From Eubacteriales bacterium (GTDB taxonomy: Bacteria; Bacillota; Clostridia; Oscillospirales; CAG-272): a DNA stretch of 32,538 bases. Each line of letters begins with the position of its first letter. Within the stretch, counting starts at the first letter, position 1. The position numbers and the translations under genes were made by a program. The notes under the pieces are model-generated. The model was not told the DNA's origin, did no database searches, and saw nothing but the letters and a program-made list of their open reading frames with translations. Shown one piece after another: positions 26,301 through 32,538 of the stretch. Where the stretch lies: NCBI GenBank assembly GCA_045614065.1, contig JAZLCC010000049.1, positions 1 to 32,538 on the forward strand, read 5' to 3'.

Positions 26301-26319
26301 AAAAATTATACTGTTAAAA

Positions 26320-27000
26320 TTATATTCTCTTTACAACGTCGTCGATTTTCTTAACAATGCAGCCCTCGGGGAAAACACCGCGAAGCGCATTTAAGGGATA
26401 AACAGAGGTATTTTTACCGATAACGGTACCCGGATTAAGAACGCATCCGCATCCGATATCGGCGTGGTCGCCGAGAATACCGCCTATCTTGCGAAGGCCC
26501 GTCTCGTACTCGACGTCGCCGTGAATCACGATATTCTTACCGTCGGATTTAAGATTTGAGCAAATAGAGCCTGCGCCCATATGAGCATAGTTTCCAAGCA
26601 CGGAATCTCCGACGTAGTTATAGTGAGGAACCTGAACCCTGTTAAGAAGAACGCAGTTCTTAAGCTCGCTTGAGTTGCCTATAACGCAATTCTCGCCCGT
26701 TATAACGCTTCCGCGAATATAAGCGCCCGGTCTTATCTCGGTTCCCGAGCCAATAACGGTAGGTCCCTCGATAGTAGCAGTAGCGGCTATCTTTACGTTC
26801 TCACCAATAAGAACTCCATCCTTCAGGAGAGTATAGCCCTCCATACCGTTCTCGATTACAGAAAGGATGTGAGCCTTGATTTTAGGAAGCATCTCCCAAG
26901 GATACTCTGCGTTGTCAAAAAGCTCCTTAAGATAGGGTGTTTCGCATTCGTAAAGCTCTGCGGTCTTTACCTTTTTCTCCATCCCCGACATATTAAGCAC
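26320..27000 (-). CDS. Standalone left-handed beta-helix (hexapeptide-repeat) protein resembling the GlmU C-terminal acetyltransferase domain
   Basis: Hexapeptide repeats run through the sequence (IGENVKI, IGSGTEI, IGNSSEL, LGDHADIGCGCVL). The gene overlaps the glmM stop. The start is ambiguous: GTG at 27000, ATG at 26991 or ATG at 26982. Confidence 0.7.
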   Translation of the reverse strand: MLNMSGMEKKVKTAELYECETPYLKELFDNAEYPWEMLPKIKAHILSVIENGMEGYTLLKDGVLIGENVKIAATATIEGPTVIGSGTEIRPGAYIRGSVITGENCVIGNSSELKNCVLLNRVQVPHYNYVGDSVLGNYAHMGAGSICSNLKSDGKNIVIHGDVEYETGLRKIGGILGDHADIGCGCVLNPGTVIGKNTSVYPLNALRGVFPEGCIVKKIDDVVKRI

Positions 27001-28396
27001 CGTATCCTCTCTCGATAATTACGTCAACGATCTTGTCGGCGTACTCCTCGCAAAGCTCCTCTGTTACAGCCTCAATCATAACTCTGATCTTTGGCTCGGT
27101 TCCGCTCTTACGAAGAAGAGCTCTTCCCTCTCCGCCAATAAGCGCCTCAACCTCTGCAAAAGCGGCGTTAACGGCCTCATCGTTAAATACCGCATCTTTA
27201 TCCTTAACCTTTACGTTCTTGATAAGCTGGGGGTAAACTGTAAGACCCTCGGTAAGTCCGCCAAGAGAGGTCTTGGTGTCGCAAACCTCCTCCGCAAGCA
27301 TAATTGCGGTGAGAAGTCCGTCGCCAGTGGTGGCATACTTCTTAATGATTATATGACCCGACTGCTCTCCGCCGAGAGAGTAGTTGTTTGCCTGCATGCA
27401 CTCGTAAACGAATCTATCGCCAACGGTGGTCTGCTCGGTCTTGATTCCAAGCTTATCAAGCGACTTAAAGAATCCGCTATTCGACATAACCGTGGGAACA
27501 ACGGTATCCTTATTAAGCATTCCGCGGGACTTAAGACGCTTCGCAAGAATATACAAAATAGCATCTCCGTCAACTATTTTACCGTTCTCGTCAACGGCAA
27601 GACATCTATCGGCATCTCCGTCAAATGCAAATCCCATATCAAGGTGCTTTTCCTTAACAAGAGCTGCAAGCTTATCTACGTGCATAGATCCACATTCCTC
27701 ATTGATGTTCAAGCCGTTAGGCTCATCACCAACAACAACGAGCTGTGCGCCAAGAGCTCCGAAAACCGATTTTGCTATCATCCAAGATGCTCCGTTTGCG
27801 CAATCTATACCTATTCTAAGATTCTTATAGGAGTTTGACGCAAGAGATATAAGATATGCAACGTAGCGATTTCTGCCCGCAACGTAGTCTATGATAGCTC
27901 CAACCTTTTCACCCGAAGCCAAGGGAAGATCATCGCCCTCAACTCCCAAAAGATCAAGCTCTCCGTCGATATACGCCTCGATAAGAGCCGTTGTTCTATC
28001 GTCAAGCTTCTCGCCGTGTCTGTTGATGATCTTAATTCCGTTATCGTGGAAAGGATTGTGCGATGCGGTAATCATAATTCCGCAATCGAACTCATCTCTC
28101 GACGTAACGTAAGAAACGCTTGGGGTCGTTGTAACGTGAAGCATATATGCATCAGCGCCCGATGCGGTAATTCCCGCAACGATAGAATACTCGAGCATAT
28201 AGCTTGAACGTCTTGTATCTTTTCCTATAACTATTCTGGGGCGGTAGCAGGGCTTGTTGCTGCCCGAAAGAGCAGAGCCGTAATACCAACCAAGAAATCT
28301 ACCAACCTTATACGCCTGCATGGACGTAAGATTTACGTTAGCCTCACCACGAAAACCGTCAGTGCCAAAATACTTGTTTTTAAGCGTGATTTCCAT
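26993..28396 (-). CDS. glmM: Phosphoglucosamine mutase
   Basis: The sequence contains YFGTDGFRG, the active-site motif TASHNPFHDNGIK, FDGDADR and GEQSGH. A TAGGAGGG RBS is present. Confidence 0.95.
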   Translation of the reverse strand: MEITLKNKYFGTDGFRGEANVNLTSMQAYKVGRFLGWYYGSALSGSNKPCYRPRIVIGKDTRRSSYMLEYSIVAGITASGADAYMLHVTTTPSVSYVTSRDEFDCGIMITASHNPFHDNGIKIINRHGEKLDDRTTALIEAYIDGELDLLGVEGDDLPLASGEKVGAIIDYVAGRNRYVAYLISLASNSYKNLRIGIDCANGASWMIAKSVFGALGAQLVVVGDEPNGLNINEECGSMHVDKLAALVKEKHLDMGFAFDGDADRCLAVDENGKIVDGDAILYILAKRLKSRGMLNKDTVVPTVMSNSGFFKSLDKLGIKTEQTTVGDRFVYECMQANNYSLGGEQSGHIIIKKYATTGDGLLTAIMLAEEVCDTKTSLGGLTEGLTVYPQLIKNVKVKDKDAVFNDEAVNAAFAEVEALIGGEGRALLRKSGTEPKIRVMIEAVTEELCEEYADKIVDVIIERGYGA

Positions 28397-28471
28397 AAAT
28401 CCCTCCTAAATTAAACTTTTTGAATCAAATATATTATACTCAAAAATCAAAACTTAAATTCACCCTTAAGC

Positions 28472-29035
28472 TTATCTGCACAGCTGCTTGCGCAAAAGCT
28501 TTGAAAGAATTTTCGAAAGCGGAAAAACAAAGCATCCGAAAACGGCATTTCCAACCGCATGTATTACGTCAAAGGGTAAACCCGCCGCTATCCACGCAAG
28601 CGTTTGACTGAAATCAAATCCAAATGCGAGAGCCTGAACGGGGGCATAGAGCGCTCCGTATAAAAGTCCGTGCAAGGCACATACTACCGAATATACCACA
28701 ACCGCGGCGGCGCGTGGCATATTCTTTGGTAAAATAAGCGTTACAGCCCAAAGTACAGTCCATATATAAAGATAGGGTATCCACCATACGTCAAATCCCG
28801 CATAAAGTCCGGTTAAAAAGACGTATATATATATGGGCACCAAGGCTTTTACGCGAAAGACGACCGTGTAGAGCATTACGAGCATTCCCACTATATGTAT
28901 GTTAGGCAAAGCCTCCATAAGTATCTTCGAGCAAAACATTATTGCCCCAAGCATCGGGAATATCGCAAGGTAAAACAAAAATTGTCGTCTTTTTTGCACG
29001 GAAGCCGATATTTTTTTAGCTTCCACCTGCTTCAT
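28472..29035 (-). CDS. Six-TM small membrane protein, ECF-transporter S-component-like (possible CbrT-type cobalamin S component)
   Basis: The 187-aa product has about 6 TM helices. Its ATG overlaps the upstream stop as ATGA. The gene lies downstream of a B12-riboswitch-like leader. The functional call is contextual. Confidence 0.55.
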   Translation of the reverse strand: MKQVEAKKISASVQKRRQFLFYLAIFPMLGAIMFCSKILMEALPNIHIVGMLVMLYTVVFRVKALVPIYIYVFLTGLYAGFDVWWIPYLYIWTVLWAVTLILPKNMPRAAAVVVYSVVCALHGLLYGALYAPVQALAFGFDFSQTLAWIAAGLPFDVIHAVGNAVFGCFVFPLSKILSKLLRKQLCR

Positions 29036-29466
29036 CAGCCTTCAAGCACCAGCTCGTAAGAGTCGCCGTCATTAAATTCGGCAGAGCTTACACCAACCAT
29101 CATCATCTCGCCGCCCTGATAAAATCCCCAATAGGTCTTATCAACGTCATAATCGGCAAGAATACCGTTGACCTTCTTTACGTAAATACCGTACTCACTC
29201 ACATCACCCTCAATAAGGCTGTGCGCAAGAAGCGCATCACCAAGATATTTCTCGTCGCTGTGAATGGTAAAGGTTATCTCATTCTCTCCCGCCTTAACGG
29301 TTACGTTAACGGTCTTTGAGCCCTCACCAAGCTCGGTGTCGCTCAAATAGATAGCGTCCTCCCATCTTCCCTCTGCGGGAATTTTGTTGCTATTGCATGC
29401 GGCAAAAAGCATTACCGCAACCAAGAGCAAGCAAAGAAGAGCTGTTACTTTGCTTTGAACTTTCAT
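29035..29466 (-). CDS. DUF4430 (transcobalamin-like C-terminal domain) lipoprotein
   Basis: The signal peptide carries a lipobox (LFAAC). The mature domain ends with DUF4430-like WGFYQGGEMMMVGVSSAEFNDGDSYEL. Confidence 0.7.
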   Translation of the reverse strand: MKVQSKVTALLCLLLVAVMLFAACNSNKIPAEGRWEDAIYLSDTELGEGSKTVNVTVKAGENEITFTIHSDEKYLGDALLAHSLIEGDVSEYGIYVKKVNGILADYDVDKTYWGFYQGGEMMMVGVSSAEFNDGDSYELVLEG

Positions 29467-29494
29467 TTTCTTTTTTATATCCTTTCTTTTTTAA

Positions 29495-29692
29495 AGGACA
29501 ACGCAAAAGCACTCCTCATTTGCCCAAGAGCCTTCCACGAACCGCAGAACGATAAGCATTCCGACTTATAGTGCCGCCGCACTAATTACGGTAATGGCTG
29601 TTGCCACGGATTTTCACCGCGATTTCCTTATCCCCGAGCGAAAAAATCGCCCGACTGTCAAAGCTTACTTTGACGAACTGCGTTTGCCTTAT
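29495..29692 (-). promoter_or_regulatory. Probable cobalamin (B12) riboswitch
   Basis: The minus strand reads GGGGATAAGGAAATCGCGGTGAAAATCCGTGGCAACAGCCATTACCGTAA...GGCACTATAAGTCGGAATGC...GTGGAAGGC. These match the conserved GGAA/GGUGAAAAUCC/ACxGUAA and GGAAGGC blocks. The B12-box match is weaker. Boundaries are approximate. Confidence 0.6.
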
Positions 29693-29700
29693 ACACAGTA

Positions 29701-29729
29701 ATTATACCATATTTTACGCAAAAAATCAA
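29701..29729 (-). promoter_or_regulatory. Sigma-A promoter driving the riboswitch leader
   Basis: On the minus strand, TTGATT (29724-29729), a 17-nt spacer and TGgTATAAT (hexamer 29701-29706). Confidence 0.55.
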
Positions 29730-29785
29730 GATATTGCGCTTAGGTTTGCTATGTCAAAATAAACAAAATATATAATTTGATACTG

Positions 29786-29814
29786 TTGACAATATCAAAA
29801 TTTTATGGTATAAT
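29786..29814 (+). promoter_or_regulatory. Consensus extended -10 promoter for ald
   Basis: TTGACA (29786-29791), a 17-nt spacer and TGgTATAAT (hexamer 29809-29814). Confidence 0.65.
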
Positions 29815-29860
29815 TTTTCCATTAAAAGCCAAAAAATATATTATTTGAGAGGTGCTTTTT

Positions 29861-30973
29861 ATGATAATCGGAACCACAAAAGAACTTAAAAATCACGAAT
29901 ACAGAGTAGGTCTTACCCCCGATAGCGCTGCAGCCTTCGTTTCTGCAGGGCACACCGTCTACGTTGAAAGCGGAGCGGGACTCGGTGCGGGATTTAATGA
30001 CTCCGAGTATATTTCGGCAGGTGCAAAGATACTCTCTTCCCCCAAGGAAGTATTCGATATCTGCGATATGATAGTAAAGGTAAAGGAGCCCGAGGAGTGC
30101 GAGTACGATCTTCTCCGTGAAAATCAGATACTCTACACCTATCTCCACTTGGCGCCCAACCCAAAGCTTACCGAGGCGCTTATAAAGAAAAACGTTAAGG
30201 CTGTTGCCTATGAAACGATAACCGACGACCACGGTAATCTTCCCTGTCTTCGTCCTATGAGCCAGATTGCGGGCCGTCTTTCTATTCAAGAGGGCGCAAA
30301 GTATATCGAAAGCAGCTACGGCGGACGCGGAATACTCCTCGGCGGTGTACCCGGTGTTGAGCGTGGAAAGATAGTTATTATCGGCGGCGGTATTGCGGGA
30401 ACCTATGCGGCAAAGGCGGCTGTCGGAATCGACGCTCAGGTTACCTTGCTTGATATCGACCCCAACCGCTTGGCATATCTTGAGGATATCTTTGGCGCAT
30501 CGGTAACAACACTTTACAGCACCGAGGCAAACATTGTAAAATCCTTGCGTGAGGCAGACCTTGTTATAGGCTCTGTTCTCGTACCCGGTGGCAAGACCCC
30601 GAAGCTTGTTCGCAGAGAGCATTTGAAGCTTATGAAGAAGGGCGCCGTTATAGTTGATATTGCAATCGACCAAGGCGGATGCTGCGAATCCTCGCACACC
30701 ACCACTCACGACGACCCCGTGTTCATCGAGGACGGCGTTGTTCACTACTGTGTCGGAAATATGCCCGGCGCCGTTCCCTACACCTCAACCGTCGCTCTCG
30801 CAAATGCAACTCTTCGCTACGGTATGCTTATTGCCAATCTCGGTCTTGAGGATGCGGCAAAGGCTAACAAGGGCGTCGCAAATGGCGTTAACGTCTACTG
30901 CGGTAAATGCACAAACAAGAATGTTGCTAACAGCTTAAATATTGAATTCACCAATCTTTTTGACGTAATTTAA
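29861..30973 (+). CDS. ald: Alanine dehydrogenase
   Basis: The N-terminus MIIGTTKELKNHEYRVGLTP and the Rossmann motif IIGGGIAGTYAA fit the family. I prefer the ATG at 29861, 6 nt after GAGAGGTG, over the GTG at 29852. Confidence 0.95.
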   Translation: MIIGTTKELKNHEYRVGLTPDSAAAFVSAGHTVYVESGAGLGAGFNDSEYISAGAKILSSPKEVFDICDMIVKVKEPEECEYDLLRENQILYTYLHLAPNPKLTEALIKKNVKAVAYETITDDHGNLPCLRPMSQIAGRLSIQEGAKYIESSYGGRGILLGGVPGVERGKIVIIGGGIAGTYAAKAAVGIDAQVTLLDIDPNRLAYLEDIFGASVTTLYSTEANIVKSLREADLVIGSVLVPGGKTPKLVRREHLKLMKKGAVIVDIAIDQGGCCESSHTTTHDDPVFIEDGVVHYCVGNMPGAVPYTSTVALANATLRYGMLIANLGLEDAAKANKGVANGVNVYCGKCTNKNVANSLNIEFTNLFDVI

Positions 30974-30987
30974 CAGCATTATATCTT

Positions 30988-31034
30988 GTGGGGAGCTTTC
31001 TGATTTAAAAAAGCTCCCCACACTTTTTAATTTT
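30988..31034 (+). terminator. Intrinsic terminator after ald
   Basis: A 12-bp stem pairs GTGGGGAGCTTT with AAAGCTCCCCAC. It is followed by ACTTTTTAATTTT. Confidence 0.75.
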
Positions 31035-31181
31035 CAAATTATTCCAACGAAATCAAATTCTTGCGTGTATATTATATTATAGGATAATATACGTTAAAAT
31101 TGTATATTCAATCCTTTAGCCTCGCTTTAGCGTTCTATGATATAATCAACGCAAGGCAAAGAATACGAAAGGGGGTTTTTC

Positions 31182-31922
31182 ATGGCGTTTCAAAACGTTT
31201 TTAAGCGTTACGAAATAAAATATATGCTAACGCTTGAGCAAAAGCAAAAAATACTCGACTCAATGCAAGACTATATGGAGCTTGACAAATACGGAAGAAC
31301 CTCTATTCGCAACGTGTATTTCGACACCGAAAGCTACCGACTTATACGTCGCTCGATAGACAAGCCCGACTACAAGGAAAAGCTTCGAATACGAAGCTAC
31401 GGCAAAGCTGCGGACGATGGCAGAGTTTTTGTTGAGCTAAAGAAAAAATACGATCACGTAGTTTACAAAAGAAGAATCGACCTGCCCTGCAACGTAGCCT
31501 TTGATTGGATAGCGGGTAAAACGCCCCGACCCAAAGACACGCAGATATCACGGGAAATAGAATATTTTCTAAAATACTACGGCACTCTGCGCCCGACAGT
31601 ATTTCTCTCATATGAGCGTGAGGCTTACTACGAAAAAAACGGAGGCTCATTTAGAGTTACCTTTGACGATAATATACTTTTCAGAACAAACGAGCTTTCG
31701 CTAAGCTCTGATACATACGGCATCCCACTGCTTGAAGATGGCAAGGTGCTGATGGAGCTTAAATGCTCGGGCGGTATTCCGCTATGGCTCGTTCGAGTTC
31801 TCTCGGCAGAGAAAATATACAAAACGTCCTTTTCAAAATACGGCACGGGATATACAAAGTTCATTCTGCCCACCATAAACACTGAAAAAAATCAGGAGAA
31901 ACAATATGCAAGCATTAATTGA
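31182..31922 (+). CDS. VTC-domain (polyphosphate polymerase-like, triphosphate tunnel fold) protein
   Basis: The sequence FKRYEIKYML...IRNVYFDT...KLRIRSYG...VELKKKY...MELKCSGGIPLW is typical of bacterial VTC-domain proteins. A GAAAGGGGG RBS is present. Confidence 0.8.
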   Translation: MAFQNVFKRYEIKYMLTLEQKQKILDSMQDYMELDKYGRTSIRNVYFDTESYRLIRRSIDKPDYKEKLRIRSYGKAADDGRVFVELKKKYDHVVYKRRIDLPCNVAFDWIAGKTPRPKDTQISREIEYFLKYYGTLRPTVFLSYEREAYYEKNGGSFRVTFDDNILFRTNELSLSSDTYGIPLLEDGKVLMELKCSGGIPLWLVRVLSAEKIYKTSFSKYGTGYTKFILPTINTEKNQEKQYASIN

Positions 31923-32538
31923 TCACGTAAAAACATTATTCACCCTAAATCTTACAGACCTCTCAAGCTTTCTCGTTTGCATAGGCTGTGCGCTTATAGC
32001 CGGACTTATTATGGCGCTCGGCTATACCGTTAAAAACAGATACACGAAAAGCTTTGTTCTCACAATAGCACTTCTTCCCGCAATAGTTTGCGTGGTAATT
32101 ATGGTAGTCAACGGCAACATCGGCGCAGGAATTGCGGTTATGGGTGCATTCAGCCTCATCAGATTCCGCTCTGCACCCGGTAGCGCAAAGGAAATAATTA
32201 TGATCTTCTCGGCTATGGGCGCAGGACTTCTTGCAGGAATGGGCTCTATACCCTTGGCTATGGTATTTACGGTAATTCTCACAGCAATATTCGTTCTCTA
32301 CAACTGCATAACCTTCGGCAAGGAAAGACACGAGAAATTCAAGGTTCTCACAGTAACCATTCCCGAGGATCTCGACTACTCCGAGATATTTGACGATATC
32401 TTTGCGGAATACACCTCGTCGCACGAGCTTGTTAAGGTAAAGACCACCAATATGGGAAGCATGTTCCGGCTTACTTATAACATGATCCTCCGGGATGCAT
32501 CCAAAGAGAAAGAAATGATTGATAAGCTCCGCTGCCGC
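31906..32538 (+). CDS. DUF4956-domain membrane protein (3' end beyond the window)
   Basis: This ORF is absent from the ORF track because it has no stop within the window. I translated it by hand from the ATG at 31906, which follows CAGGAGA: MQALIDHVKTLF...GAFSLIRFRSAPGSAKEIIMIF...KVKTTNMGSMFRLTYNM. It overlaps the VTC gene by 17 nt. Confidence 0.75.
   Translation, partial: MQALIDHVKTLFTLNLTDLSSFLVCIGCALIAGLIMALGYTVKNRYTKSFVLTIALLPAIVCVVIMVVNGNIGAGIAVMGAFSLIRFRSAPGSAKEIIMIFSAMGAGLLAGMGSIPLAMVFTVILTAIFVLYNCITFGKERHEKFKVLTVTIPEDLDYSEIFDDIFAEYTSSHELVKVKTTNMGSMFRLTYNMILRDASKEKEMIDKLRCR

Noticed and set aside
29822-30745. A 307-aa ORF on the minus strand
   Set aside because: It is antisense to alanine dehydrogenase, whose identity is unambiguous. 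This is a shadow ORF.
26261-31021. Sequence similarity between two hairpins: TGTGGGGGAAAGCTTTCT...CCCCCACA at 26261-26300 and TGTGGGGAGCTTTCT...CCCCACA at 30988-31021. I considered a possible REP/MITE-like repeat family.
   Set aside because: There are only two copies, each sits where a terminator is expected, and the shared part is short. The resemblance is probably convergent terminator composition. A whole-genome repeat search would be needed to revive the idea.
31113-31132. A direct repeat CTTTAGC-ctcg-CTTTAGC upstream of the VTC gene, considered as a third DtxR-like site because of the TTAGC core
   Set aside because: It is a direct repeat, not an inverted one, and it lacks the GTTAGC-N4-GCTAAC architecture of the two feo sites.

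Overview
The window is a gene-dense, mostly housekeeping chromosomal segment. It probably comes from a spore-forming Firmicute of Clostridia type. That placement is an inference from cotJA-cotJB-cotJC, a SipL-like DUF3794 protein, DUF512-der, obg and trmK-nif3. I support about 31 CDS. They include feoA-feoB plus an unlisted 51-aa Cys-rich ORF with a divergent DtxR-family regulator. Also present are an AraC regulator, ymdB-mrnC-ppiB, rlmD, a metallophosphoesterase, nif3, trmK, DUF1858, DUF2079 and a SipL-like protein. The remainder are DUF512, der, a HAD hydrolase, obg, putP, dapF, cotJABC, glmM with a standalone LbH acetyltransferase-like gene, ald, and a VTC-domain/DUF4956 pair that runs off the 3' end. 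A probable cobalamin riboswitch precedes a DUF4430 lipoprotein and an ECF-S-like membrane protein. Most intergenic regions carry near-consensus sigma-A promoters (TTGACA-17-TATAAT, often TGn-extended) and clear hairpin terminators. I saw no rRNA, tRNA, CRISPR array, transposase, integrase or phage genes, and no recognisable defence system. Six things seem most worth a second look. (1) A low-GC two-gene insert couples a zinc-ribbon PP-loop amidotransferase-like enzyme to a flavodoxin/2x[4Fe-4S] protein (6201-8275). (2) A 414-bp, unusually structured and locally GC-rich intergenic region lies between the glmM operon and cotJ (25906-26319). (3) The VTC/DUF4956 pair (31182-32538). (4) The B12-riboswitch/DUF4430/ECF-S module. 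(5) A low-GC membrane protein with Cys4 ribbons at both ends (23688-24488). (6) Two matching RGTTAGC-N4-GCTAACY palindromes bracket feoA. All family names come from reading the translations by eye, with no HMM or BLAST run. Hairpin and promoter coordinates were derived by hand.
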